Shown here: one piece after another, positions 45,358 to 55,521 of the stretch
Numbering within the stretch: the stretch's first letter is position 1
How the letters are laid out: each line of letters begins with the position of its first letter
Source of the DNA: Elusimicrobiota bacterium
GTDB lineage: Bacteria; Elusimicrobiota; Elusimicrobia; UBA1565; UBA9628
Length of the DNA stretch: 64,000 bases
Direction: 5' to 3'
NCBI GenBank assembly: GCA_038060535.1
Contig: JBBTHA010000021.1
Coordinates: forward strand, 1,813-65,812
Translations under genes and position numbers: made by a program
Notes under the pieces: model-generated
Databases searched by the model: none
The model's input: the letters and a program-made list of their open reading frames with translations, nothing else
Told to the model about the DNA's origin: nothing

Positions 45358-48018
45358 TCATTTCAACTGATTTCTCGCCAGGCGACCCCGGCGCTTGAAG
45401 TATTTTTCCATCTCCACCGCCGCAAAGACGGAAGACGACAGAACGAGCGTGAGGGCCAGTTCATTGAGCGAGAGCGGCTTGGTCTTGAAGATGGGATTGA
45501 GGAACGGAACGTAGATCGTCGCCAACTGAAGAATGAAGGTGAACAGAGTCGCGCCCAGAAGGGGCTTATTGGTGAGCAAGCCCTGAGTGAAGAGAGACTC
45601 CCGGTCGGAGCGGATCGCCAGGACATGCGCCATCTGGCTGAGGCAGAGCACGGTGAAGACCATGGTCTGCCAGTTGGCGCGTCCCGTCGTCATGGACCAG
45701 GCCTGGGTGATGATGGCCACGGCCGCGATGAACAGGCCGACCCAGACGATATGGAAGCCGAGACCGTGAGCGAAGATGCTTTCCTGGGGATGGCGCGCAG
45801 GCCGGTTCATGATGTCCGCGTCGGCGGGCTCTGCGGCCAGCGCCAATCCGGGCAGGCCGTCGGTGACGAGGTTGACCCAAAGAATGTGGATGGGCAGCAG
45901 CGGGATCGGCAGCCCGAGGAAGGGCGCGAGGAAGATGGTCCAGATTTCGCCGGAATTTCCCGTCATGGCGAACTTGATGAACTTGCGTATGTTGTCGAAG
46001 ATCCGACGGCCCTCCTTGACCGACTTCACGATGGTGATGAAGCTGTCATCGAGCAAAATCATAGAGGCCGCCTCTTTGGAGACCTCCGTGCCGGAAATCC
46101 CCATGGCGACGCCGATGTCGGCGCGCTTGAGCGCCGGAGCGTCGTTGACGCCGTCACCCGTCATCGCCACGAACTGTCCCCGGTTCTGCAGCGCCTTGAC
46201 GATCTTGAGCTTCTGCTCGGGCGCGACTCGCGCGTAGACTCGGACATGATCCACGCGCTCTTGGAACTCCTCGAGCGGGAGTTCTTCGAGCTCCCGCCCT
46301 GTCATGACCGAGCGTGGGCCATCGCCGTCTGCGACGATTCCGATCCGTTTGGCGATCGCTCGCGCCGTCAGAGGGTGATCGCCGGTGATCATCACGGTCT
46401 GGATGCCGGCGGCCCTGCAAAGCGCTACGGCCTCGCGCGCCTGCGGCCGGGGCGGGTCCATCATGCCGACGAGGCCGAGCAGGACCAGGTCCGTCTCCAC
46501 GTGCTGCGACGTCAAGATTTCGGGGAGCGCGTCCCAGAAGCGGAACGCGAAGCCCAAAGCCCGCAGGCCGTCTCCCGCGATCCGGTCCGTCACCTGCTGC
46601 ATCGTCTGCAGATCCAGGTCGGACTCCCCCCGGGAGGTCAGGACCTTGCGCGAGCGTTCCAACACGTTCTCCATCGCGCCTTTCGTTAAGGAAATGATTT
46701 TCCCGTCGCCCCGCCGGTGGAACGTCGTCATGAGCTTGCGGTCGGAATCAAAGGGAAGTTCCGCGACGCGCGGGAACTCGCGTTCCAGCTCGGTCTTGTC
46801 GAATCCGCTTGTCCGCGCCGCCTGAAACAGGGCGACTTCGGTCGGATCGCCTAGGATGCCTCCGTCGGCGCCGGCGCGGGCGTCGTTGGAGAGGGCCAGA
46901 GCGCGAAAGAACAGCGTGCGCGCCTCGCTCGCCCGTTGGCTCGGGGCCGCGAACTCCGCAGCGCGCACGAGGTCTCCGTCCACCCACGCTTCCTCCACCG
47001 TCATCTTGTTGAGCGTGAGCGTGCCGGTTTTGTCCGAGCAGATATAGGTCACCGAGCCCAAGGTCTCGACGGCGGGCAGCTTGCGGATGAGCGCGTTGAG
47101 TTTCGCCAGCTTCTGCGCGCCCAAGGCCAGCGAGATCGTGATGATCGCCGGCAGGGCCTCTGGGATGGCCGCGACCGCCAGCGAGATGGCCGTCAACATC
47201 ATCAGCAGAGCGGGCTCCCCTCGGATGACGCCGGCGACGAAGACGACGGCGCAGATCGCCAGGATCGCGACGGTGAGTGTTTTGCCGAAGGCGGTCATGC
47301 GCTTCTGCAGCGGGGTTTTGACCTCGTCACCGTCTTGGAGCATTGCGGCGATGTGTCCCAGCTCGGTCTTCATGCCCGTGGCCACGACGACGGCCGTCGC
47401 CCGGCCGTAGGTGGCGAAGGTGCCCTTGTAGGCCATGTTCTTGCGGTCGCCGAGGGCCCGGTCCGCGCCGGGAAGAGCGGAGGTCTGCTTCTCCACGGGA
47501 ACCGATTCGCCCGTGAGCGCCGCCTCCTCGACCGTGAACCGGGCCGCCTCGATGAGGCGCAGATCAGCGGGCACGACATCCCCGGCCTGCAGGATCACCA
47601 CGTCGCCCGGCACCAGATCCGACGCCGGGATCGTGGTCGCCGTCCCGCCGCGAAGAACCGTCGCCGACGCGGCGGCGAGTTTTTTGAGCGCCGCCATGGC
47701 CTTTTCAGCCCGGTATTCCTGGCTGAAGCCGAGCGCGGCGTTTAAGACGACGATCACGGCGATGGCGACGGCGTCCTCGGGATCGCCCAGGACGCCGGAG
47801 ATGACCGCCGCCGCGATCAGGACCAGGATCATGTAATCCTTGAACTGGTCGAGGAACATGGACAATAGGCCGCGCTTCTTCTTTTCTATCAGCTCATTGG
47901 GCCCATGGAGGGCACGGCGCGCTGCGGCCTCTGCCTCGGAAAGGCCGGCGGGCGAGGTCGAATGCCCCGCCAAGACCTCGGCGATGCTCTGCCGATGGGG
48001 CTGGCCCTGTTCGGTCAT
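45358..48018 (-). CDS. P-type ATPase, P2 (Ca2+/Mg2+-type) family
   Basis: Start at the internal ATG (MTEQGQPHRQSIAEVLAGHS), which coincides with the stop of the upstream gene. CSDKTGTLTLN, MTGDGVNDAPALK, PEALP motifs. No CPx motif, so not P1B. Confidence 0.9.
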   Translation of the reverse strand: MTEQGQPHRQSIAEVLAGHSTSPAGLSEAEAAARRALHGPNELIEKKKRGLLSMFLDQFKDYMILVLIAAAVISGVLGDPEDAVAIAVIVVLNAALGFSQEYRAEKAMAALKKLAAASATVLRGGTATTIPASDLVPGDVVILQAGDVVPADLRLIEAARFTVEEAALTGESVPVEKQTSALPGADRALGDRKNMAYKGTFATYGRATAVVVATGMKTELGHIAAMLQDGDEVKTPLQKRMTAFGKTLTVAILAICAVVFVAGVIRGEPALLMMLTAISLAVAAIPEALPAIITISLALGAQKLAKLNALIRKLPAVETLGSVTYICSDKTGTLTLNKMTVEEAWVDGDLVRAAEFAAPSQRASEARTLFFRALALSNDARAGADGGILGDPTEVALFQAARTSGFDKTELEREFPRVAELPFDSDRKLMTTFHRRGDGKIISLTKGAMENVLERSRKVLTSRGESDLDLQTMQQVTDRIAGDGLRALGFAFRFWDALPEILTSQHVETDLVLLGLVGMMDPPRPQAREAVALCRAAGIQTVMITGDHPLTARAIAKRIGIVADGDGPRSVMTGRELEELPLEEFQERVDHVRVYARVAPEQKLKIVKALQNRGQFVAMTGDGVNDAPALKRADIGVAMGISGTEVSKEAASMILLDDSFITIVKSVKEGRRIFDNIRKFIKFAMTGNSGEIWTIFLAPFLGLPIPLLPIHILWVNLVTDGLPGLALAAEPADADIMNRPARHPQESIFAHGLGFHIVWVGLFIAAVAIITQAWSMTTGRANWQTMVFTVLCLSQMAHVLAIRSDRESLFTQGLLTNKPLLGATLFTFILQLATIYVPFLNPIFKTKPLSLNELALTLVLSSSVFAAVEMEKYFKRRGRLARNQLK

Positions 48019-49097
48019 TAGGGCCCGTGGTATTCTTCGCGGAATATCCTGGCGAAAGCGATGACGAGCGTGATGAGGATCGGCCCGATGAATATCCCTG
48101 ACCAGCCGAAGGCCCTTATCCCGCCGACGGCGCCGAGGAAAATGAGAGGGATGGGAAGACGCGCCTTCGTGCCGATCACCAGGGGGCGGACCAGGTTGTC
48201 GGAGAGGCCCACCAAAAGCCCGAACCACAGGGCCAGGGCCAGGGCTTTCGTCGCGCTCCCGGAGACGGCCGTTGCGACGGCGATCGGGACCCAGATTAAG
48301 GCCGGTCCCAGAAAAGGAATGGGCGAGGTCAGCAGGCACAGCGTTCCCAGCAGGGCGGGGAACGCAATCCCGAAAAGCGCGAAGCCCGCCCAAGAGAGCA
48401 GGCCCTGGACCAGAGCCGCCGCGAAAAGACCGTATACGACGGCGTCGAGCACTTCCTTGACCCGCTCGAGCAGCGCGTGCTTGCGCGTCGCGGCCATGGG
48501 CACGAGTTCGAGGCCGCTCGCGAGGATGAACGGCCCGTCGCGCAGAAAGAAGAAGAGGCTGACGACGACGAGAACGATATTGAGGAGCAGCAAGGCGGTG
48601 TTCTTGAGCAGCGCGCCGAGCGCGTCGCTGGTCTGCATGCCGATCTCATCGAGGTGCTCGAGGACCTTCTCCTTGACGCTGAACTGACGGGCCTCCAAGA
48701 AGCCGCGCCCCCCGGCCCACAGCCGCACCCACGGCCCCGCGGAGCCGGGGTCCGGGGAGATCGTTTCGACGCGTTTGAACCAGTCGCGGGCCTCGGGATA
48801 AAAGCGGGTCGCCTCCCTCGACAACATCCAACCCGCTAGAACCAGGGGAAGGACGACGAGCAGCACCAAGGCCCCGGTCGTCAAGGCCGCCGCGGTCGTG
48901 GGACGGCGCAGCCGCGCCTGAAGCCGGGCATGCAGGGGGTGGATCATGATCGCCAGTATCGCGGCGGCCAGCAGCGCGCCCGATAACGGCGCCAGCAGAC
49001 GAACGGCCGCGTACAGAACGAGGACAAAAGCCGCGAGGAAGAACCATTTCGCGAGGCTCGCTCGGGACGCCGGATCAATGGGGACGTTCTTGTTCAT
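48018..49097 (-). CDS. AI-2E family transporter (PerM/YhhT/TqsA-like, UPF0118)
   Basis: Start at the internal ATG 49097 (MNKNVPIDPASRASLAKWFF). 8 TM helices. Conserved C-terminal IGPILITLVIA. Confidence 0.8.
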   Translation of the reverse strand: MNKNVPIDPASRASLAKWFFLAAFVLVLYAAVRLLAPLSGALLAAAILAIMIHPLHARLQARLRRPTTAAALTTGALVLLVVLPLVLAGWMLSREATRFYPEARDWFKRVETISPDPGSAGPWVRLWAGGRGFLEARQFSVKEKVLEHLDEIGMQTSDALGALLKNTALLLLNIVLVVVSLFFFLRDGPFILASGLELVPMAATRKHALLERVKEVLDAVVYGLFAAALVQGLLSWAGFALFGIAFPALLGTLCLLTSPIPFLGPALIWVPIAVATAVSGSATKALALALWFGLLVGLSDNLVRPLVIGTKARLPIPLIFLGAVGGIRAFGWSGIFIGPILITLVIAFARIFREEYHGP

Positions 49098-49378
49098 GTC
49101 GGATCCCTTTGAGGTGCGGGGTTGATATTGAGTTGTAGCATGGTCGTGTGTCGTTGAGCAAACCCGCTTGGCGTTAAGCCGTTTAAGCTCATTGAGGCTG
49201 AACGTAGGTGTCCGAGGCTGATGGGGCGCGGTTTCTGGATTTCTGCCGCCGCGCGTTTCCGATTTTCGAGAGCATCGGCTCTCGCGGTCGGCGAGGTTCG
49301 CGGGCTTGTATTCAGGCGAGCCAAGTTCTAACATTGCCAGCCGGGAAATCAAATTTCCTCTGAGCACGCTCTCGCGCG

Positions 49379-50266
49379 ATGGCCACCAGCCTTCTTGCCC
49401 TTCTCGACGATATCACGACCGTCCTTGATGACGTCGCCGTGTTGTCTAAGCTCGCCGCCAAGAAGACGTCCGGGGTGCTGGGCGACGATCTGGCCCTCAA
49501 CGCGCAGCAGATCGCCGGCGTCCAGGCTCAACGCGAACTTCCCGTGGTCTGGGCCGTGGCCAAAGGATCGATCCGGAACAAAGCCATTCTGGTGCCCGCG
49601 GCTCTGCTGTTGAGCGCGCTGGCGCCTTGGGCCGTCACGCCGCTGTTGATGCTCGGCGGCCTCTATCTTTGCTACGAAGGCGTCGAAAAGATCGCCCATA
49701 AGTTTCTGCATGCCCCGGCCGAGCGCGAGCGGGAGCGCGCGGCTTTGGTCAAGGCGGCCGCCGAGCCGGGTATGGACATGGTCGTCTTCGAAAGGGATAA
49801 GATCGCCGGGGCCGTGCGCACCGACTTCGTCCTGTCGGCCGAGATCGTCGCCATCACCTTGTCCGGCGTCGCGGGGACGACGTTCGCCGTGCGCGCGGGC
49901 GTCTTGACGGCCGTTTCGGCGTTCATGACCATCTTCGTTTACGGCTTCGTGGCGTGTGTAATCAAGCTCGACGACCTCGGCCTGCACCTCAGCAACAAAA
50001 GGAATGGCGCCGCTGTCGGCCGGGCCATCCTCTTGGCCGCGCCCTGGCTGATGAAGACCCTCTCGGTGGTCGGCACCGCCGCCATGTTTCTCGTGGGAGG
50101 CGGTATCCTGGTTCACGGCCTGCCCCGCGTCGGCCAGGCTGTCCATGACCTCGCCCATGCGGCCGGTCCTCTGGGCTTCTTGCTGAGCGCCGCCGGCGAC
50201 GCGGCAGTCGGCGTCATCGCCGGCGCGCTGGCGCTCGCCGTTTCTCGCGCGGTCGCGAAGTCTTAA
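49379..50266 (+). CDS. DUF808 (YedI-like) inner-membrane protein
   Basis: MATSLLALLDDITTVLDDVAVLSKLAAKKTSGVLGDDLALNAQQ. Canonical DUF808 N-terminus. Confidence 0.75.
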   Translation: MATSLLALLDDITTVLDDVAVLSKLAAKKTSGVLGDDLALNAQQIAGVQAQRELPVVWAVAKGSIRNKAILVPAALLLSALAPWAVTPLLMLGGLYLCYEGVEKIAHKFLHAPAERERERAALVKAAAEPGMDMVVFERDKIAGAVRTDFVLSAEIVAITLSGVAGTTFAVRAGVLTAVSAFMTIFVYGFVACVIKLDDLGLHLSNKRNGAAVGRAILLAAPWLMKTLSVVGTAAMFLVGGGILVHGLPRVGQAVHDLAHAAGPLGFLLSAAGDAAVGVIAGALALAVSRAVAKS

Positions 50267-53037
50267 GAGCACCCCATCGCATTGCCGCAGTTGAGGCACT
50301 TGTAGCAGCTTCCCGAGCGCACGGTGACATGGCCGCAATGGGCGCAGAACGGGGCGTCTCCCATGAGTCGTGAAAGGTGCGCGTCTGGCGAGTCCTTGCG
50401 CATGGCGGGGCTTGCCGCCGCCGCGAGCTCCTTGACCGGCGCCGGCGGGGCGACGTGAGCCAGATCGGCGCGGCCCAGGTAATCCAAGCCCAGAACCCGG
50501 AAGATCAGGTCCACGATCGAGCTCGCCTGCTTGATGTGGGGATGGCGGACCGGACCGCTGGGCTCGAAGCGAGTGAAGGTCAGCCGGTCGACCAAGTCCT
50601 CCAGCGGCACGCCGTACTGCAGGCCCAGCGAGACGGCGATCGACAGGCAGTTCAGCATTTCTTGGACGGGCGAACCCGGCTTGCCGAAGTCGAGGAAAAG
50701 CTCGCCCAGGCGGCCGTCGGGATATTCGCCCGTGCGGATGTAGAGCTTCTGTCCGTTGAGCGCCGTCTCGACCGTGTGTCCCGACCGCTTTTGGGGCAGG
50801 TAGCGCCGCTCCAGTATCCTGCCCGCCATCGCGGCCTCGGCGTCGCCGGCCGCGTCTTTTTTCTGCATGACGGACAAGGGCTGGGACAGCTTGCAGCCGT
50901 CTCGGTACAGCGCCACGGCTTTGAGTCCCAGCTTCCAACTTTCGATATAGGCGCTTTCGATGTCGGCCACGGTCGCCTGGTGGGGCATGTTGATCGTCTT
51001 TGAAATCGCCCCGGAGAGGAACGGCTGCGCCGCCGCCATCATGCGCGCGTGGCCCAGCGGAGCGATGAATCGCCCCCCCTCCACGGCGGGATTGGCGCAG
51101 TCGAAGACCGGCAGGTGCTCCTCGCGCAAGCCGGGGGCCGCCTCCGCGCTTCCCGTCTCCAGAATGTGGGCGACGATTCGCTTGGCCTGCGCGGGTTCGT
51201 AGCCGAGACGGAGCAGGGACTTCTCCACCGAGTCGTTGACGATTTTGAGCGTGCCGCCGCCGGAGAGCTTCTTGAATTTGACCAAGGCGTAGTCGGGCTC
51301 GATGCCGGTGGTGTCGCAGTCCATCAAGAGGCCGATGGTGCCCGTCGGAGCGAGGACGGTGGCCTGCGCGTTGCGAAAGCCGTGAGCCTCACCCGCGGCC
51401 AGCGCCGCGTCCCAGGCCTGCCTGGCCGCCTCTAGAAGCTCTTGGGGGCAGCCGTTCTCGAGCGTCTCGAGGGCCTGGCGGTGGCGCCGCAGGACGGCCA
51501 GCATCGGCTCGCGGTTGGCGGCAAATCCCTCGAAGGCGCCGCGCGCGGCGGCGAACTCGGCCGAGGCGCGGTAGGCCGTTCCCGTCATGAGGGCCGTCAC
51601 GGCCGCCGCCCAGCCGCGCGCGCGCGCCGAGTCGTAGGGCAGGCCGAGGATCATCAGCAGGCAGCCCAGGTTCGCGTAGCCCAGCCCTAAGGGGCGATAG
51701 GCGTGGGTGTTCTCGGCGATTTTTCGGGTCGGATAGCTCGAGAGGTCCACCAGGATCTCTTGCGCCAGGAAGACCAGGCGCGTCGCGTGGCCAAAGGCCG
51801 CGGCGTCGAAGCGGCCGTCTTCGCGCAGGAACTTGACGAGGTTGAGCGAGGCGAGGTTGCAGGCCGTGTCGTCGAGGAACATGTACTCCGAGCAGGGGTT
51901 GGAGGCGTGGATGCGGTCGGTGTTCGGGCAGGTGTGAAAACGGTTGATCGTCGTGTCGAACTGCAGGCCCGGGTCGGCGCACGACCAGGCCGCCTGGGCG
52001 ATCAGCTTCATGAGTTTGCGCGCGCTCAGCGTCTCGTGGACCTGGCCGTTGGTGCGCAGCGTCGTCGACCAAGGAGCGTCGTCGAGGACGGCTTGCATGA
52101 ACTCGTCGGTGACGCGGATCGAGTTGTTGGAGTTCTGGCCGCTGACCGTGCGGTAGGCTTCCCCGTTGAAGTCCGAGTCGTAGCCCGCGGCCACCAGCAC
52201 GGCCACTTTCTTCTCCTCGCGCTGCTTCCACTGGATGAAGTCCTCGATCTCCGGGTGGTCGGCGTCGAGGCAGACCATCTTGGCGGCGCGCCGGCCGATG
52301 CCGCCGGACTTGATGGCCCCCGCCCCCTTGTCGAGCACCTCCAAGAAGAACATCAGGCCCGAGGGAGAGCCGCCGGTCGACAGCTTCTCGTGGCGGCTTC
52401 GGATGCGGGAAAAATTCGTTCCCGAGCCCGAGCCGTACTTGAAGATGCGCGCCTCGTTCTTGGACAGCTCGAAGATCGAGGTCAGGCTGTCGTCGAGAGC
52501 CTGGATGAAGCAGGCCGAGACCTGGGGGCGGCTGTAGGCGTCGGCGCACTCTTTCGCGCGTCCGGTCGGGCGATCGAAGGCCCAGTTCCCCCCTTGGCCC
52601 TTGAGGCCGTATTCATGGTGCAGCCCGCAGTTGAGCCAAACCGGCGTGTTGAAAGCGGCGTATTGGTTGATGAGAAGGAAGGCGAGTTCATCCTCGAACG
52701 CCGCCGCGGCCGCGGCGTCGGTGAAATATTTTCCCTCCTCGCCGGCTTTGCGGATCGTGCGCGCCACTCGCCCGACGACCTGGCGGGCGCTGTTCTCGCG
52801 CAGGGAGGCGTCGGCGCTCATCGGGCGGCAGTACTTGGAGGCGAGGATGTCGGTCGACAGCTGAGACCAGCCTTCGGGAACTTCCACGTCCCGCATCTCG
52901 AAGACGGTTGAGCCGTCCGCGTCGGCGATGCGCGAGGAGGTCCTCTTGTATCGGATTTCGTCGAGAGGATTTTTATCAGGCGTTGTGAAGATTCGCTCGA
53001 CGGGAAGACCTTTCGTCTTGGATGGTGGGCGTGTCAT
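50263..53037 (-). CDS. nrdJ: Ribonucleotide reductase, class II (adenosylcobalamin-dependent)
   Basis: Start ATG 53037 preceded by GGAGG. NPCSEYMFLDDTACNLASLNL active-site region. C-terminal Cys-rich tail CAHCGHV...CYKCLNCGN. Confidence 0.9.
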   Translation of the reverse strand: MTRPPSKTKGLPVERIFTTPDKNPLDEIRYKRTSSRIADADGSTVFEMRDVEVPEGWSQLSTDILASKYCRPMSADASLRENSARQVVGRVARTIRKAGEEGKYFTDAAAAAAFEDELAFLLINQYAAFNTPVWLNCGLHHEYGLKGQGGNWAFDRPTGRAKECADAYSRPQVSACFIQALDDSLTSIFELSKNEARIFKYGSGSGTNFSRIRSRHEKLSTGGSPSGLMFFLEVLDKGAGAIKSGGIGRRAAKMVCLDADHPEIEDFIQWKQREEKKVAVLVAAGYDSDFNGEAYRTVSGQNSNNSIRVTDEFMQAVLDDAPWSTTLRTNGQVHETLSARKLMKLIAQAAWSCADPGLQFDTTINRFHTCPNTDRIHASNPCSEYMFLDDTACNLASLNLVKFLREDGRFDAAAFGHATRLVFLAQEILVDLSSYPTRKIAENTHAYRPLGLGYANLGCLLMILGLPYDSARARGWAAAVTALMTGTAYRASAEFAAARGAFEGFAANREPMLAVLRRHRQALETLENGCPQELLEAARQAWDAALAAGEAHGFRNAQATVLAPTGTIGLLMDCDTTGIEPDYALVKFKKLSGGGTLKIVNDSVEKSLLRLGYEPAQAKRIVAHILETGSAEAAPGLREEHLPVFDCANPAVEGGRFIAPLGHARMMAAAQPFLSGAISKTINMPHQATVADIESAYIESWKLGLKAVALYRDGCKLSQPLSVMQKKDAAGDAEAAMAGRILERRYLPQKRSGHTVETALNGQKLYIRTGEYPDGRLGELFLDFGKPGSPVQEMLNCLSIAVSLGLQYGVPLEDLVDRLTFTRFEPSGPVRHPHIKQASSIVDLIFRVLGLDYLGRADLAHVAPPAPVKELAAAASPAMRKDSPDAHLSRLMGDAPFCAHCGHVTVRSGSCYKCLNCGNAMGCS

Positions 53038-53122
53038 TGGATAATCCTCCGGAAATGGGCGCAAATGGGACGAACATTCTACCTCCAGCCGGCGTGCGCA
53101 CGGCGCGCGCCGGTCGCGATCG

Positions 53123-53147
53123 GTCACGAGTCGTGACAGGTTGTGAC
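53123..53147. promoter_or_regulatory. Dyad GTCACGA-G-TCGTGAC plus a third GTGAC half-site in the nrdJ / NACHT divergent intergenic region
   Basis: Perfect 7-bp inverted repeat seen directly. Function unknown; does not fit the remembered NrdR box. Confidence 0.3.
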
Positions 53148-53180
53148 CGGGAGGCCGCGCGATGCGGTAAAATAGCGGGC

Positions 53181-55460
53181 ATGGAACTTCACCGCGTCGA
53201 GCTGGCTCGCCTGTTCGGCCCGGTCCAAAGCGGCAGGCTTTGGCGCCACCGCGTCACCGAGAGGCTGTCCAAGCTCAACCGCCTGGGAGGCCGGCACGGC
53301 GTTAGCTTGCGGGCCGATTGGACGGACCTTAGGCTGCTCATTTACCACTCGGGTCGCCGGCGTCTGGAGGAGTTCCGTCTCGAGCTTTCCAAGGGCAACG
53401 GAGCCGTTCAGAGGGCCCTGTCTTTGGCTTTGGACACAGGGGGCCCGCGCGAGCCGGATGGCGGCGGCCCGTCTCTCAAGGGATTGGTCAGGCTCCAGCT
53501 GGGAGAGCTTTCCGCGGGAGCCTCTCGGTCCGTGCCCTTCGCCGCGGGCGATGCGAGCGGAGCCCTGTTCGTGGATTCGCCCTACCGTCTCCATCTGTCT
53601 CCGGGAACCCCCGGACCGCTGCGCTCCTGCGCGGCGGGCTTCTTGCTCGACTCCTTGAGGTCGTCGAAAATCTTCCACGGCTGGGTTCTCTCGGAGCCCG
53701 GAGGCGGAAAGACGACTTTGCTCGATCATGTCTTCCAGGAATGCTGCCGCCTCTTCCTGGCCGGAGACCTTGCGCTTTTGCCCGTCCGCTTCCCCGCGGT
53801 TCACGCCGAGATACGGCAGGGCCGCGTGTGGGGGTGGAGTGCCGCGGCCGAGGCGACCCTGCGCGAAAATCCGGAAGCCGCCGCGGCCCTGCGCGAGTTC
53901 GAGCTCGCCGGCAAGATCGTCTTTTTCATCGACGGGTTGGATGAGAACGCCGATGTGGCGGACGTCTCGCGCCTGGAGGTTCTCAGGGCGTGGCAAAGCG
54001 CCTTGCGCAGCCGCTGCGTTTTCAGCTGCCGGTCTCGCTTCTACGCGCAGCAGATCGAGGGCGGAGGCTTCGAGCGCTTGGCCCCGGGGCGCGAGCTGAT
54101 GTCCTTGGCCGAGTGGGGTCACGCCGAAGCCCGGGTGCTATTTCGCCGCCTGGCACTGCGCCGGCCGGCTTCGCCGACGGAGCCGGCCGGCCTGTCGCCC
54201 AAACTCAGGGACGCCTTCGCCCATCTCGCCGATTTGCCCGCCAGGGACCTGACGGCGCGGACCGCGGCCTTTCGCAAGACGCCGCTGAACTTGCGGCTCT
54301 ATACATTGTTCGTCGCCGCCAACCGCGCGCATTTTCCCCGCAATGAGTACGAGCTCCTCGAGTTCGTCTTCCAATCCCTCTGTCGCTGGCAGACGGCCAA
54401 GCGCGGACGCGTCCTGTCGCCTCAAGCCGCGGCGGGCCTGCTGACGAGGCTCGCTTGGGAGGGCTACGCCGCGGGGCGCGGCGGGGCGCGGCGCTTCTCT
54501 CCTCCCGCGGAGTTGTCGCGCCTGCTTGAGGAGCGCGGCGCTTGCCCGCGGCAGAAAAGGGAGCAAGCGCTCTTGGAGCTCGAGACCAATCCCCTGCTCG
54601 AATGCGACCAAGAAAGCGGCGTCCTATCCATCGATCCGCACTTTATGGATTTTCTCGCGGCGAGGCAGTTGATCCAGACCTTGCTGCTTGCCGACGTCGC
54701 GCAGGCCCGCGAGCAGTTTTCCAAGCCCGTGCTCTGGGACGTGGCCCGTTGCCTGGACGAGGGCACGGAGCTTTTGAGCGGGGAGCAGAGGCGCGACACC
54801 GCGCAATGCCTGATCGGCGCCTTCAAGGCCCGCGAGCGGGAGTACGCCCGCAAGCGCGATTTCGCCTCGGCGTTGGCGCTCAATCAGATCGGCTACCATC
54901 TCGGGAAAATGGGCGAGCCCGCCGGGCGCGAGTTCCTGCACGGCGTCTTGAAGAAGCCAAGCCCGGCCCTGCGCGCCGAGATGTGCTATTGGGCCATCGT
55001 CATCGGCTTAGCGTTTTCCGGCGACACCGAGCCCCTGGAACATTACATCGACCGCCTCGAAAAACGGCCGCGGGTCCCCCCGCCCAACATGGCCTACTGC
55101 CAGGTGTATTATTTGGACAAGAGGGTCGACGAGGGCGATTTGAAGACGGCGCTCAAGGAGATCGGCCCCACCTGGGAGAAGACCTGCGACCGCCTTCTGG
55201 GCCAGCTCGCCTCGAAGAACTTCCTTGGCATCCGCCTGATGGACATCTTCCTGCTTCGGCGCTATTTGGAGGTGCTGGGACCGGCGCCGTTCCTGGCCGA
55301 CGGCGAGCGCGAGCGCCAAGACGCTTTGCGCCGCCTCCTTCCCCGCCTGGCCCTCGAGTGCGCCGGCCAGCCGCGCGCCCGCCTTCAGTTGGCGCGCTTG
55401 GAAAAAACCTTGGCTTCTCTCGGTCTCGCCGCGAAAGAAAGTTCCGCCCTCGCTTGTTGA
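53181..55460 (+). CDS. NACHT-family STAND NTPase with uncharacterised ~190-aa N-terminal region and helical C-terminal region
   Basis: Walker A GWVLSEPGGGKTTLLDHV. Walker B KIVFFIDGLDE. Start at the internal ATG 53181, preceded by TAAAAT. Confidence 0.75.
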   Translation: MELHRVELARLFGPVQSGRLWRHRVTERLSKLNRLGGRHGVSLRADWTDLRLLIYHSGRRRLEEFRLELSKGNGAVQRALSLALDTGGPREPDGGGPSLKGLVRLQLGELSAGASRSVPFAAGDASGALFVDSPYRLHLSPGTPGPLRSCAAGFLLDSLRSSKIFHGWVLSEPGGGKTTLLDHVFQECCRLFLAGDLALLPVRFPAVHAEIRQGRVWGWSAAAEATLRENPEAAAALREFELAGKIVFFIDGLDENADVADVSRLEVLRAWQSALRSRCVFSCRSRFYAQQIEGGGFERLAPGRELMSLAEWGHAEARVLFRRLALRRPASPTEPAGLSPKLRDAFAHLADLPARDLTARTAAFRKTPLNLRLYTLFVAANRAHFPRNEYELLEFVFQSLCRWQTAKRGRVLSPQAAAGLLTRLAWEGYAAGRGGARRFSPPAELSRLLEERGACPRQKREQALLELETNPLLECDQESGVLSIDPHFMDFLAARQLIQTLLLADVAQAREQFSKPVLWDVARCLDEGTELLSGEQRRDTAQCLIGAFKAREREYARKRDFASALALNQIGYHLGKMGEPAGREFLHGVLKKPSPALRAEMCYWAIVIGLAFSGDTEPLEHYIDRLEKRPRVPPPNMAYCQVYYLDKRVDEGDLKTALKEIGPTWEKTCDRLLGQLASKNFLGIRLMDIFLLRRYLEVLGPAPFLADGERERQDALRRLLPRLALECAGQPRARLQLARLEKTLASLGLAAKESSALAC

Positions 55461-55521
55461 ATGGAAGGTGCTCAAAGAGGCTTATTTTGGACCCCAGGTG
55501 GAGACTGTCTCCGGGGCGCTC

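Noticed and set aside
45625-47745. Plus-strand ORFs (354, 269 aa) antisense to the P-type ATPase
   Set aside because: The ATPase motifs DKTGT and TGDGVNDAP are unambiguous on the minus strand.
51389-52911. 386-aa minus-strand and 402-aa plus-strand ORFs inside nrdJ
   Set aside because: Out-of-frame or antisense. nrdJ is intact and has a C-terminal Cys tail.
53037-53180. Cobalamin riboswitch upstream of nrdJ
   Set aside because: Looked for the B12-box and stem architecture. The leader is only ~0-140 nt and shows a simple dyad instead. Class II RNR genes are not usually riboswitch-controlled.
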